From positions 1,824,001 to 1,888,000 of the forward strand of contig CAXXIA010000002.1 in the NCBI GenBank assembly GCA_963666985.2: a stretch of 64,000 bases of DNA, read 5' to 3'. Below are positions 11,251 through 21,615 of this stretch, in pieces. A program made the translations under genes and the position numbers. The DNA comes from Spirochaetia bacterium (GTDB lineage: Bacteria; Spirochaetota; Spirochaetia; DSM-2461). Every line of letters begins with the position of its first letter. The stretch's first letter is position 1. The notes under the pieces were generated by a model that made no database searches, had not been told where the DNA came from, and worked only from the letters and a program-made list of their open reading frames with translations.

Positions 11251-11455
11251 AGCTGTTGATGCGCTCCGGCCGCTAAAGGTGTTTAGCGGCCTGCGGGGCT
11301 TCGCCCAAATTTCGTTTTGGCAATGGCTCTTGCAGATGCGTTTCTGAAAGTGGTGTGATAGAGTAAAGAGCGAACTGGCTTTCTGCTAAAAGCAAGAGCG
11401 CATGCCAACCGGCTACGCCGGACGCGAAACTTCGCATACCAGCGGACCGTTAAAG
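11244..11455 (+). repeat. attC site 7
   Basis: AAC 11248, GTT 11449. Confidence 0.9.
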
Positions 11456-12291
11456 GAAATTCGGACGACGGAATAAAAAGGTCTTTTTAAGGTGTTTTTT
11501 TCTATGGCAGGCCTTTCCCCTTCATTTGAACAAGTAACAGAAACAGAATTTCTTTGAGTGTTCAGATCTTTTTAACAGGCCTTCCTTCTCTTTGAACAAA
11601 ACAGGTCGTTTTGATACGGCTTTCTCCTCACCCCCCTGCGCCTTTGAGATCATCTTCAAGAAAAAAGCCAAAAGCATCGGAATAAAACTCGCTTCGGGAT
11701 CAGAAGCACTTAGTGATAAGGCGGTCGGTTCGGGAGAACTTGTGTCGTGAAGGTTTATGGTTTTTAACGATTATGGGAATCGCTCATGAGAAAATTCTTA
11801 TCCGTTGATGGTTATCGCTTCGGGAAATGAGGCGCTTCCGGTTTGATAGGTTCGCGAGAAAAGGGGTGGTAGCCTGAGAAGAATGAAGGGATGGAGATGA
11901 GAAGAATGGAGATTGTTTTCTCCGTGGTTTTGCCTTTGAGAATAAGGCTGAATGCTTTGGAGAATACCGGTGTAGAAGGAGAAGACGAACATTCGGATTT
12001 ACAGAATCCGTCCTGAGAGAAAGAGGTCGGGAAAGGCGAATTGCATCGGATGAAGGCCTGAGTAAAGTGATGAGGTGATGAAAGGAAGAATCAGGGTCAG
12101 TATGAGAGAATGGATAGATATTCCGTTAAATGAGTAAAAAGCGGAAGAGGGAAGTCTGTAAAAGGATGAATGAAGAAAAGATGAGAAGGAGAAGGGCAAG
12201 AAGAATCGAAAAAAAGTGTCAGGTAAAACGGCGAGGAGGGGTGAGGGGAAGGAGAGGTTTTTATAGATGCGTCGTCCGAACTTCCTTTAAC
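11449..12291 (+). other. Long ORF-less cassette, type L, copy 2
   Basis: Highly similar tandem copy of 10404-11250 with small indels. Confidence 0.75.
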
Positions 12292-12492
12292 AGCTGTTGA
12301 TGCGCTTCGGCCGCTAAAGGTGTTTAGCGGCCTGCGGGGCTCCGCCCAAATTTGCCTCTGTCATAGATTTTGCTTAAGTCTGTCGCTATGGTAAGATGAG
12401 TTGTAGTTAGCGGTTGAGGCTGTGAAGATTCGCAAAATCTCCGCCAGTCGCTTCGCGAGCGGCAAACTTCGCATACCAGCGGGCCGTTTTGT
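12285..12492 (+). repeat. attC site 8
   Basis: AAC 12289, GTT 12486. Confidence 0.9.
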
Positions 12493-12564
12493 GAACAAAC
12501 CAGAAATTGAACCCAAGTCCTCTTAACGTTTGAGTTTGCTTTTTACATGTGCTATTATTTTCTT

Positions 12565-12697
12565 GTCCTTAGCAAGAAGCCTCGGCTTCATTCGGTTGGT
12601 GTATAGCCGACCTGAGCGAATTGTTAGATATCTTCGCAAGAAGAGTCCTTTTATTGAGAATAAAAGGACTCTTCTTCCTCATGCCCTTAGTAAGGAC
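12565..12697 (+). ncRNA. Retron msr-msd non-coding RNA
   Basis: Flanking inverted repeat GTCCTTAGCAAG/CTTAGTAAGGAC; two short msr hairpins; perfect 18-bp msd stem at 12638-12676; lies upstream of the effector and RT. Confidence 0.8.
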
Positions 12698-12701
12698 TTT
12701 T

Positions 12702-13625
12702 ATGAATTGGAAGAATAATCCCAATTACCTAATAGCCAAAAGGGATTTTACGTTAGCGTTTTCCACGCGATTGTTAACAAATCTATACTATTCAATGCCA
12801 AAAATTGTTTTTATTTGTGGTGGCAAGCCGACAAATTTCGTTAATCGCGAGAAGATCGAGAGATACTTTGAAAAAAATCTAGAGAGATTCTTAACCTTCC
12901 GCGCTGAGAATGCCTGGAATGTAATACAGGAAAATTTAAGAGGTACAAATGCACTAGAATTGGAAGAATGGTTAGCAGATTTTTCAGATGTTGTAATTAT
13001 ACTAGTCGAGAGCTTTGGGACAGTTGCAGAGCTTGGCGCTTTCTCTATGAATTCAATACTAAGAAAAAAGGTTCTTCCAATTTTAGATACAAAATATGAA
13101 GGAGATGATTCTTTTATAAATACTGGACCAATAAAGTGGATCGATAAAGAGTCCAAATATTCTCCTTCGATATATGTTGATTTTAGTCTGATTTTGACGT
13201 GCATGGACGAGGTTGAACAAAGAATATCAAAGCGATATTGGGAGTATCACAACGTATCCAGGACCTATGGAAAATATGGATATACCAAAAAAGTTCTTCT
13301 CTATTTCTTTATTTATGTTTTGGCCTCATTAGGGCCGATTGACATTGATGAGATAGTTGAAATAACAAATAATCTTATCTCGTATCAAGATAAGAAAAAT
13401 ATTCAGTTTATCGTATCTATCGGTGTAGCCCTAAAGATTTTTCAAAAACGTAGTGTAATGGGCAATGTGTACTATACCTGCTCAAACTATCGGAAGCTTT
13501 TCTCAAGTCCAATCACTAAAGACCACCTGAAAAGGATTCAAAATATTCGAGCGAGAAATTTATCGTCACTACTGAAAATTAAGGACTTTGTAAAAGTTAT
13601 GGACTCGGCGAATGTCAATAGTTGA
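12702..13625 (+). CDS. Retron Ec86/St85-type effector (NDT-like)
   Basis: VFICGG and LEEWLADFSDVVIILVESFGTVAELGAF motifs; overlaps RT start; ATG 12702 follows the ncRNA. Confidence 0.85.
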   Translation: MNWKNNPNYLIAKRDFTLAFSTRLLTNLYYSMPKIVFICGGKPTNFVNREKIERYFEKNLERFLTFRAENAWNVIQENLRGTNALELEEWLADFSDVVIILVESFGTVAELGAFSMNSILRKKVLPILDTKYEGDDSFINTGPIKWIDKESKYSPSIYVDFSLILTCMDEVEQRISKRYWEYHNVSRTYGKYGYTKKVLLYFFIYVLASLGPIDIDEIVEITNNLISYQDKKNIQFIVSIGVALKIFQKRSVMGNVYYTCSNYRKLFSSPITKDHLKRIQNIRARNLSSLLKIKDFVKVMDSANVNS

Positions 13626-14538
13626 ATTAATTTCGAAACAAATGTTACTAGAGGAAGATTATCTCCTCACAATATCAAAAAGTTCGTCTGCAAGATACAA
13701 ACGTTTCACTATTAAAAAACGGAATGGCGGTGATCGAGTAATTTACCAACCTTCAAAAGAATTGAAATCAATTCAAAGAGTTCTTCTCGATATGTTTTTG
13801 TCTAAACTTCCTATTCACTCTTATGCATATGCATACAAGAGTGGAACAACCACAAGAGATTGTCTTCAAAATCATTCGGAGAACAAATATTTTCTTAAAC
13901 TTGATATGCAAGACTTTTTTTACAGTATAACAAATAGCGATCTCGACAAATACTTTAAAGATATTAGGAGGGAAGACATTATACACCTCTCATCTTGTGA
14001 TATAACTTTTATCAAAGATATTTGTTGTTTTAACAAAAGACTTGTAATCGGAGCCGTTACATCTCCAACATTATCAAATGCAGTTTGTTTTAATCTAGAT
14101 CAAAAGATATCACTACTCTGTGAAAGTCTGGAGGTTGAATATAGTAGATATGCCGATGATTTAATTTTTTCCACAATGAAAAGAAATGCGTTATCAAAGC
14201 TTCCTATTCAGATTGAAGCTTTACTAAAGAAAATTTCTTATCCAAGCGCGTTACGTTTGAATCATAACAAAACTCGATATTATTCGCATAATAATGCAGT
14301 AAAGATATTAGGTCTTAAAATTACTAACACCGCAGAAATTTCGATTGGCCGACAAAAAAAACGCGAAATTAGAAGTAAAGTGTACAAGTGGAATCACCTC
14401 AATCCCGATGAAAAAAAGCATCTTCAAGGATTTTTGGCTTATTGCAGAAGTGTAGATCCGGTCTTCATTGATGAGTTGTGTCTAAAATATAAAGCAGAGC
14501 GAATTAACGATATAATCCATTATAGTGGAAAAGGCTAA
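13612..14538 (+). CDS. Retron reverse transcriptase
   Basis: IKKRNGGDRVI, LDMQDFF, GAVTSPTLSN, YSRYADD and ILGL motifs; 308 aa with no maturase or endonuclease domain. Confidence 0.93.
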   Translation: MSIVELISKQMLLEEDYLLTISKSSSARYKRFTIKKRNGGDRVIYQPSKELKSIQRVLLDMFLSKLPIHSYAYAYKSGTTTRDCLQNHSENKYFLKLDMQDFFYSITNSDLDKYFKDIRREDIIHLSSCDITFIKDICCFNKRLVIGAVTSPTLSNAVCFNLDQKISLLCESLEVEYSRYADDLIFSTMKRNALSKLPIQIEALLKKISYPSALRLNHNKTRYYSHNNAVKILGLKITNTAEISIGRQKKREIRSKVYKWNHLNPDEKKHLQGFLAYCRSVDPVFIDELCLKYKAERINDIIHYSGKG

Positions 14539-14582
14539 AATTTTTTCTGGGCTTGTTACAAAGGTAATCTAGGCGTTTGTTC

Positions 14583-14799
14583 ACAAAACAGCTGTTGATG
14601 CGCTCCAGCTGATAACGAGGTTATCAGCCTCCGGGCCTTCGGCCAAATTTCGTTTTGGCGATGGCTCTTGCAGATGCGTTTCCGAAAGTGATGTGATACC
14701 ATCAAAGGCGAACAAAGCATTGCAGTAGAAGAGCAAGAGCACATGCCAACCGGCTTTCAGCCGGACACGAAACATTCGCATAACAGCGGAACGTTAAGC
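14583..14799 (+). repeat. attC site 9
   Basis: AAC 14587, GTT 14793. Confidence 0.9.
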
Positions 14800-14817
14800 G
14801 TATTGCCATTTAGTGTT

Positions 14818-16160
14818 TGAGCGACCAGGACATCCTTTACATTTTAGGTTCAGGACATCGTTTACACAAAACAAGCTTAAACGAAGCATTTGAATCCATC
14901 AACTGAAGGGAGAAAGGCATAGGTTTTCAAATCAATTTCTCCCAATCTGAGATTGTCAAACCATACGGTGAAGCTCTCATCCTCATTCTCCCGAAGTCCA
15001 ACTTGGTATCCTGAAAAGACATAACTGACAAAGACTCTATGCCTGTCGATAGTAACGGCTCCCCGATTATTCACCATTCTCACCAGATACCCGGCCGGGT
15101 AGATCACCTGAGGGATTCGAGGAGGGAAAGGCCGATTGGACTTTGTGTAAATACTTCCGGGAGTCTGCATTTTGAGAGCTTCATGCGGACGAACACTGTT
15201 GAATTGATTTCTCCAAACATCAAAGTGTGCCTGATGTTCTGAGAGGTTCCCTTGAATCTGTCCCTGCAATTCGCGTTTGATATCGGCATGCATTCTTTCA
15301 TGCCCTCCGTTTTCACAAGGCCTTCCTGGAGTGATGCGATCAAGTTCAATTCCCAAGGCCAGCCACCAAACACTTAAGCGGGTGAGTCCGAGTAATCCCT
15401 TCATGGAAGCAAAGGGTGGTCCGTTATCGGAGCGGATTACCCGAGGGATTCCATAGAGAGAAAAGAGCTTTTCGAACTCTGTTCTAACTTCTTGTGTGTC
15501 AGCCTTTTGGAGAGCTTTGATGGTGAAGATGTATTTGGAGTATTCATCCCGAACCGTCAGAGGTTCACACTTTTCATTATCGGGAGTGTACCACCATCCT
15601 TTGAAGTCGACCGTCCAGATATCATTAGGGGCTTTGGCCTGCAGATGTGTTTGGATTCGGCTGCCTTTGGTCTGCTGCCGTTTCTTTCGATGATGAACCA
15701 GTCCTGCTTTATCAAGGATGCGTTTGACGGTGGTGAGGCTTGGGGGATTATTATGAGGATGGGTCTTCTGGTAGATCTCGAGAATCTTTTTTGGCCCCCA
15801 GCTGGAGTTGTGCAACGTCTTGATCCGGATAATACCGCATATAACGTCTTCAGGCGTTTGGTTGGGGCTGCTGCGAGGTCTACGGGGTCGTTCCTTCAAC
15901 CCGGCGAGCCCTTCCTGGATAAACCGGTTTTTCCATTTAAGGCCTGTCGGCCGGGAGATCCCGTACTCAGCACAGAGGTCTTTCATACAGACATGGGGAT
16001 CCATGGCCTTGAGGGCGAACTCGAATTTGACGTCCATAATATTGGTCTCCTTCCACGGCATAACCAGCACCTCGATAAGGGAAAGTGCTGATCATTTTAG
16101 TTCTTGTCGTGTAAAGGATGTCCTGGTACTCTCGTGTAAACGATGTCCTGAACCCGTACC
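14818..16160 (-). mobile_element. IS481-family element, isoform A, copy 1
   Basis: Ends TGAGCGACCAGGACATCC.../...GAACCCGTACC; two AGGACATCSTTTACA-like repeats per end; TSD TGTT. Confidence 0.88.
14877..16070 (-). CDS. IS481-family DDE transposase
   Basis: N-terminal HTH; WTVDFKG, IRSDNGPPF and ENGGHERMH motifs. Confidence 0.92.
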   Translation of the reverse strand: MLVMPWKETNIMDVKFEFALKAMDPHVCMKDLCAEYGISRPTGLKWKNRFIQEGLAGLKERPRRPRSSPNQTPEDVICGIIRIKTLHNSSWGPKKILEIYQKTHPHNNPPSLTTVKRILDKAGLVHHRKKRQQTKGSRIQTHLQAKAPNDIWTVDFKGWWYTPDNEKCEPLTVRDEYSKYIFTIKALQKADTQEVRTEFEKLFSLYGIPRVIRSDNGPPFASMKGLLGLTRLSVWWLALGIELDRITPGRPCENGGHERMHADIKRELQGQIQGNLSEHQAHFDVWRNQFNSVRPHEALKMQTPGSIYTKSNRPFPPRIPQVIYPAGYLVRMVNNRGAVTIDRHRVFVSYVFSGYQVGLRENEDESFTVWFDNLRLGEIDLKTYAFLPSVDGFKCFV

Positions 16161-16209
16161 TGTTGAGTGTTTTTACAATTGGCTAATATTTTGAAAGTAC
16201 GAGGAAAAT

Positions 16210-17154
16210 ATGGAAGAAAAAAAGCATCGAGGAACAATCTCTATAAAAAATTTGATGTTATTTTTAGTAGTATTCATTCTAGGACTCGTTACTAATCAAA
16301 TTATATCACAAGTTCTTAGCGGTGAGGTAACTACTTTTACCACTTTAGATCTTATAAATTTTGTTGTAACAATATTGCTTTCAGCGGCATCTATTGTTTT
16401 AGCTGTCACTTCTATTTTGCTGGGAAAAACTGCTGAAGAAGAATTAAATCGAAAGACTACTGAGAGCATTCGTCTTCAAAACGAGGTTTTTATGCGAACG
16501 AATGAAGTTTTAAATAGAATTGAATCTTCCACTGGCGTAACAGAAAAGAGGATAGAAGATATAATTTCAGGTCGAGTTGGAGACATTTCAAGCAGAATTG
16601 CACACATTGCTACAAGTAGGAGTAATAAGTCAAAAAAAGAGATTGAGAATGAAGTTAAACAATCAATTGTCAGTGGTCTGAAAAAGGATAATGAAAAGAC
16701 TGAAGAGGAAAGGGCGATTGAGAAGATTGAGAAGGAAAGAGTAGAGAGATATAAAAATTTTCATCAGTTAATTTTGAGAGCATTTGCAAATCGAGATGAT
16801 ACCTATGTAATAAAAACGTTACACGGAAGTTTTCAATCAGAGAGTGAAGGATTGTTTGATGGTGTGTACAAGGTTGGGGATAAAATTATTGGTGTAAGTG
16901 CAATGCTGATTGAATTAGAAAGACCAGAAACTATATCAGAATACATAATGAAAATTGCTAAAGAAATTATAAACGGGGAAACTAGTCAGGTCTATTTATT
17001 TCTTTACGATGCAAAGGAAGAAGCTTTTACAGAATACTATAAAAAAGAACTAGAAATACTAAAAGGCAATCCCAGCGAAAGAATTCATTTTTATTCTAGT
17101 AATTGCGATCAGGTTGAAAGTCTGATAAGTAAACTTGAAATAGCAAAAGTATAA
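16210..17154 (+). CDS. Hypothetical protein with two N-terminal TM helices and a coiled coil
   Basis: 314-aa ORF; GAGG RBS; fills the cassette. Confidence 0.75.
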   Translation: MEEKKHRGTISIKNLMLFLVVFILGLVTNQIISQVLSGEVTTFTTLDLINFVVTILLSAASIVLAVTSILLGKTAEEELNRKTTESIRLQNEVFMRTNEVLNRIESSTGVTEKRIEDIISGRVGDISSRIAHIATSRSNKSKKEIENEVKQSIVSGLKKDNEKTEEERAIEKIEKERVERYKNFHQLILRAFANRDDTYVIKTLHGSFQSESEGLFDGVYKVGDKIIGVSAMLIELERPETISEYIMKIAKEIINGETSQVYLFLYDAKEEAFTEYYKKELEILKGNPSERIHFYSSNCDQVESLISKLEIAKV

Positions 17155-17165
17155 TGAAGCAATAC

Positions 17166-17374
17166 GCTTAACAGCTGTTGATGCGCTCCGGCCGCTAAAA
17201 GTGTTTAGCGGCCTTCGGGGCTTCGCCCAAATTCGTCTCTGTCATAGATTTTGCGAATGGCTGGCGAGTATGATAGGATGTCTTTCAGTAAACGGTTGCA
17301 ATTGTTCTGAGAGGCAAAATCTTTGCCAGCCGCTTCGCGGACGACGAACTTCGCATAACAGCGGGCCGTTTGGC
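17166..17374 (+). repeat. attC site 10
   Basis: AAC 17170, GTT 17368. Confidence 0.9.
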
Positions 17375-17410
17375 GAAATTTCCAAAAGGCCTTTTTTTAT
17401 CTCTATAACG

Positions 17411-18397
17411 TTAGTCTACAGAGTAAGAAAGAAGGCCACTAGCTAAATCTGCCAGATAGATAAAGTTTCCATCACCCCAAACTCCATAGGCTGAATTGCA
17501 TTGGTCGTCGGAATCAATAAATTTCAGGTTACCCGAAGAATCAGCTTTATAGGAGAGAAGGCCACCGAAGTTATTTGCCAGATAGAGGTAGTCTCCATCA
17601 CCCCAAACTTCCATGGCGTTACCGCCCTGGTCGTCGGAATCGATAAATTCCAAGTTACCCGAAGAATCAACCTTATAGGAGAGAAGGCCACTACGGCTAT
17701 TTGCCAGATAGATGAATTCTCCATCACTCCAAACGCCATAGGCGTAACCGCCTTGATCGTCGGAATCGATAAATTCCAGGTTACCAGAAGAATCAACCTT
17801 ATAGGAGAGAAGGCCACTGCTGTAATTTGCCAGATAGATAAAGTCACCATCACCCCAAACGCCCCAGGCTGAACCGCCTTGGTCGTCAGAATCGATAAAT
17901 TCCAGGTTACCAGAAGAATCCACCATATAAGAGAGGAGACCACTATCGCTATTTGCCAAATAGATGAAGTCACCATCACCCCAAACTCCCACTGCATGAC
18001 CGCCTTGGTCGTCAGAATCGATAAATTCCAAGTTACCTGATGAATCTACATTATAGGAGAGTAGGCCACTTTCACCATCTGCCAGATAGATGTAATCTCC
18101 ATCACCCCAAACTTCAACGGCGGTTCCGCCCTTATCATCGGAATCAATAAATTCTAGATTGCCTGACGAATCTACCTTATAGGAGAGAAGGCCAATTGGG
18201 CCATTTGCAAGATAGATGAAGTCTCCATCACCCCAAACTCCATAGCCAATACCGCCTATGTCGTTGGAATCGATGAAGGTTAGATAACCTGATTTCTCGT
18301 TGTCTACATCGGATGATGGATTGCTACATCCTGCAGCGAAAATAATAAGTACCACAGAAAGAATAACATAAAAGATTTTATGTAAGGGTTGTTTCAT
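17411..18397 (-). CDS. LVIVD-like repeat (beta-propeller) lipoprotein
   Basis: IIFAAGC lipobox; about seven 42-aa repeats of VWGDGDFIYLAN...LLSYxVDSSGNLEFIDSDD. Confidence 0.82.
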   Translation of the reverse strand: MKQPLHKIFYVILSVVLIIFAAGCSNPSSDVDNEKSGYLTFIDSNDIGGIGYGVWGDGDFIYLANGPIGLLSYKVDSSGNLEFIDSDDKGGTAVEVWGDGDYIYLADGESGLLSYNVDSSGNLEFIDSDDQGGHAVGVWGDGDFIYLANSDSGLLSYMVDSSGNLEFIDSDDQGGSAWGVWGDGDFIYLANYSSGLLSYKVDSSGNLEFIDSDDQGGYAYGVWSDGEFIYLANSRSGLLSYKVDSSGNLEFIDSDDQGGNAMEVWGDGDYLYLANNFGGLLSYKADSSGNLKFIDSDDQCNSAYGVWGDGNFIYLADLASGLLSYSVD

Positions 18398-18657
18398 TAC
18401 CCCCTCCATTAACACAGATTAACCCTTAAGGAAATATAAATATATCTAATTATATATGTTGCAATAACGAACATTAACACACCCCTATGAAATAAAACAA
18501 GAGTATTGTCGATAAGGCCTTTATAGGGATAAAAAACGCGTATACGCCGATGGTCTTCCTAAAGAATTATCATCGCTTTTCATCTATATTATATGGAAAT
18601 CAAGAAGCTTTTAGTTTTAGGGCAAAACGATAAGAGGACGTTCAGATCGGAAACTTC

Positions 18658-18867
18658 GCCAAACAGCTGTTGATGCGCTCCGAATACATTTGCATGCAAA
18701 TGTATTCTCCGGGGCTTCGCCCAAATTTGCCTCTGTTACAGATTTTGCGAGAGGCTGCGACCGTGGTAAGATGAGTTGCAGTATGCGGATGAGGTTGTGA
18801 AGAATCGCAAAATCTCCGCCAGTCGCTACGCGAACGGCAAACTTCGCATACCAGCGGCCCGTTTAAT
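18658..18867 (+). repeat. attC site 11
   Basis: AAC 18662, GTT 18861. Confidence 0.9.
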
Positions 18868-18933
18868 GAAAAAGCCAGAAGGCATTTCACCGCCTCGGCA
18901 TCCATGCCTCGGCGAGTAGATTGAATTAGGAGT

Positions 18934-19206
18934 ATGAAAACTATGAATGTAAGAGACATTCTCATTGTCAAAAAAGCAAAGAAAATAGAGAACTTCGATC
19001 CTATTGTCCTTGGAACACAGACGCTCACCAATGTGAGCAAAGAACAAACTGATAAGGATGCTAGTTCCCATAACGGATTTGAGTTAGGTACACAAACTAG
19101 AACATTTACTCAAGAAGAAATGACAGACAGTGATACAGACAGAATACAACTTGGTACTCAGACTGTGACGAAACATATGGCTGAGGGTACAGACGAAGAT
19201 CGATGA
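18934..19206 (+). CDS. Graspetide (ATP-grasp RiPP) precursor with three cores
   Basis: Leader followed by three LGTQTxTxxxxExTDxD repeats; AGGAG RBS; overlaps the ATP-grasp gene. Confidence 0.85.
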   Translation: MKTMNVRDILIVKKAKKIENFDPIVLGTQTLTNVSKEQTDKDASSHNGFELGTQTRTFTQEEMTDSDTDRIQLGTQTVTKHMAEGTDEDR

Positions 19207-20150
19207 TTCTTCTAGTTACAAATACCGAAGATAAAACAGCTGACTACCTAGAGAGAAATACAAAGAATTCCTTCTTACGTTTCAATACTGAGAAATTTCT
19301 GACAGAGTATAAACTCTCGTATTCGAACAGTGGATTCGAACTACAACATGTCTTATCAGGGAAAATTGTCACAAATCAGAATTTAAAAGGAGTGATCTAT
19401 CGTAGACCAACTTATCCTGACGTGTCAGCTGATGACGGATCCACGAAGCTTCAAGAAGAATTGAGGAATGAAGCTCGAATAATATACGAATCAATACTAG
19501 GTAGTATTGATACAAGATGGATCAGTGAACCATATAGCGTGAGGAAAGCAGAAAATAAACTACTACAACTCAAGTATGCAAGAAATGTAGGTCTTTCAAC
19601 ACCAAAAACAATTGTGTCAAATGATAAAAACCAGGTAGAGGAGTTTTTACGAACGGCAAATTCAAGGTTGTGCATTAAGCCTATGCATCTTGGCATATTC
19701 GAGATAAAAGACGAAATCTACATACCATACAATACAATAATTTCTTATGAAGATATTTCTGCAGTTGATAACTATCCAACCTTGATACAAGAATATGTCG
19801 AAAAACAATATGAAGTTAGGGTGGTTATAATCGGAGAAGCCGTTTTTTCTATCAGAATAGATTCTCAAAAGAATGCTGATACGAAATTTGACTGGAGAAC
19901 AAATAACTGTATGGCTGTTGAATACTCAATTACAGAAATACCTTTTGAAATAGAGAATAAATGTAAGCAGTTAATGAGTGAATTTAATGTAAATTTCGCT
20001 TCAATGGATCTTGCCATCAATGAGAACGGAGAATATGTGTTTCTAGACTTGAACCCTAACGGTCAATGGGCTTGGCTAGACGAATTATTGAATTTAAACA
20101 TGACTAACGCCTTCATCGATTTTTTCGACAAAGGAGATAAATATGTTTGA
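19203..20150 (+). CDS. MvdC/MvdD-family ATP-grasp RiPP ligase
   Basis: YRRP, AENKLLQL, IQEYVEKQYEVRV, FDWR and FLDLNPNGQWAWL motifs. Confidence 0.9.
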   Translation: MILLVTNTEDKTADYLERNTKNSFLRFNTEKFLTEYKLSYSNSGFELQHVLSGKIVTNQNLKGVIYRRPTYPDVSADDGSTKLQEELRNEARIIYESILGSIDTRWISEPYSVRKAENKLLQLKYARNVGLSTPKTIVSNDKNQVEEFLRTANSRLCIKPMHLGIFEIKDEIYIPYNTIISYEDISAVDNYPTLIQEYVEKQYEVRVVIIGEAVFSIRIDSQKNADTKFDWRTNNCMAVEYSITEIPFEIENKCKQLMSEFNVNFASMDLAINENGEYVFLDLNPNGQWAWLDELLNLNMTNAFIDFFDKGDKYV

Positions 20151-20676
20151 TCCAGTTCATATCTTGGAAGAAAAAAATAATAGCACCCTAAGTCGATATG
20201 AATCATTTTACTCAAAGCAAAATTCCATTTTCACTTTAATGACGCTACTTGTTACGGTTTTTCTTTTTCTTGCCGGCGAACATTTTCCAGCTGTCAATTC
20301 TTTGTTTACAGTTACTGATAACACTTGTTTCGAAATGGTACTAGCCGTATCTATTACAATTACATTTGTTGTTGTACTTATTTTCTTCTTCAATTTGCTA
20401 TTTCAAATTCTCTCCGGACTCAAGCCAATTGTTTTCTCTGAATTGGACTATGAAGCTATCGATGAATTCAACAAAGGCAAAGAAGAGAAGGCATATAAGA
20501 TATTGATAAAAGACATGAAGAATGTGATTGATAGTAACCAGGAGGCAATAAACGAGAAATATAATGTTTTTCTAAAAGTGAAGTCCAATTTTACAATATT
20601 TCTCTTCGTATATATGTTTTTGGTTGTTCTTGTCTTTGTCGCGACTTTTTATGCAGGAATTAATGCTGGCAGCTGA
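20143..20676 (+). CDS. Three-TM membrane protein, Pycsar-effector-like layout
   Basis: Two N-terminal TM helices, a soluble segment and a C-terminal TM; overlaps the ligase stop. Family assignment is by eye. Confidence 0.6.
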   Translation: MFDPVHILEEKNNSTLSRYESFYSKQNSIFTLMTLLVTVFLFLAGEHFPAVNSLFTVTDNTCFEMVLAVSITITFVVVLIFFFNLLFQILSGLKPIVFSELDYEAIDEFNKGKEEKAYKILIKDMKNVIDSNQEAINEKYNVFLKVKSNFTIFLFVYMFLVVLVFVATFYAGINAGS

Positions 20677-20747
20677 CTATCTCATTAGCATCTGAAGCAC
20701 ATCGTGTGCTTCAGATGAATTTATGAAGTTTTTTAGCTGGCTTCGTC

Positions 20748-20961
20748 ATTAAACAGCTGTTGATGCGCTCCGGCGATAATCGGGGATTATCGCCTCCGGG
20801 GCTCCGCCCAAATTTCGTTTTGTCATGGCTCTTGCAGATGCAGTTCCGTAAGTGATGTGATACAGTCAAAGAAGAACATGGTGTTGCTGTAGAAGAGCAA
20901 GAGCACATGCCAACCGGCTTTGCCGGACACGAAACGTTCGCATAACAGCGGGCCGTTAAAT
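20748..20961 (+). repeat. attC site 12
   Basis: AAC 20752, GTT 20955. Confidence 0.9.
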
Positions 20962-21013
20962 GTAATGCCCAATTTGACTTGTAGCAATATATAATAACTT
21001 ACAGGAGATAATA

Positions 21014-21613
21014 ATGAAGAAGCAGTTAGTTTTATTAATTTCGATTGTAATCATTAATTCATTCCTGCATGCGGAGGAGTTTCAATTTAGAGGATTAGAC
21101 TTTAGTACTTTGTACTCTGATGTAGTTAAACAGGAAGGAGAGCCTGATGAAAAAGTAGATTCCTCTTCAGCAAATATGATGGGTGATTACTACATTTTGT
21201 ATAACAAAAAACAAGTGGCTGAATATGAAGCACAGATGGAAATTGAATTCGAAGATGATGTCATAATAGTTGGCACGTACAAATTTAGTTTTACTCAAAA
21301 TAGATTAAATGGAGGTGCAAGCGATCCTCGTAATTATTTTAACGCATACAACAGCTTGGTTTCTAAACTTCAAAGTAAATATGGTGAGCCAATTATAAGT
21401 GACGTTGTAGAAACATTTGAAAGAGGTACGTCGGAAATGTATATAAATCAACTTATTGATATGTCTCCATATAATACAATTTGGGAAATTTCAGACGGAG
21501 CTATTATGTTAAAAATGAATTATAGTAACAAATGGGATTTATATTTAATATATATTTCTCCAAGAATATACTCCCAAATAAAACAAAGACAAAACAGTAC
21601 AGAAGGATTGTAA
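21014..21613 (+). CDS. Hypothetical secreted protein
   Basis: Signal peptide ending LHA-EE; AGGAG RBS. Confidence 0.75.
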   Translation: MKKQLVLLISIVIINSFLHAEEFQFRGLDFSTLYSDVVKQEGEPDEKVDSSSANMMGDYYILYNKKQVAEYEAQMEIEFEDDVIIVGTYKFSFTQNRLNGGASDPRNYFNAYNSLVSKLQSKYGEPIISDVVETFERGTSEMYINQLIDMSPYNTIWEISDGAIMLKMNYSNKWDLYLIYISPRIYSQIKQRQNSTEGL

Positions 21614-21615
21614 TC

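Noticed and set aside
10741..12199. Short Ser/Phe-rich minus-strand ORFs in the type L cassettes
   Set aside because: They result from purine skew; frames and lengths are not conserved between copies.
12621..12701. TTG start of the retron effector at 12621
   Set aside because: It lies inside the msr-msd structure; ATG 12702 just after the inverted repeat is preferred.
13612..14538. Group IIC-attC intron
   Set aside because: The RT is short with no maturase domain, has a retron effector and msr-msd upstream, and the adjacent attC sites are intact.
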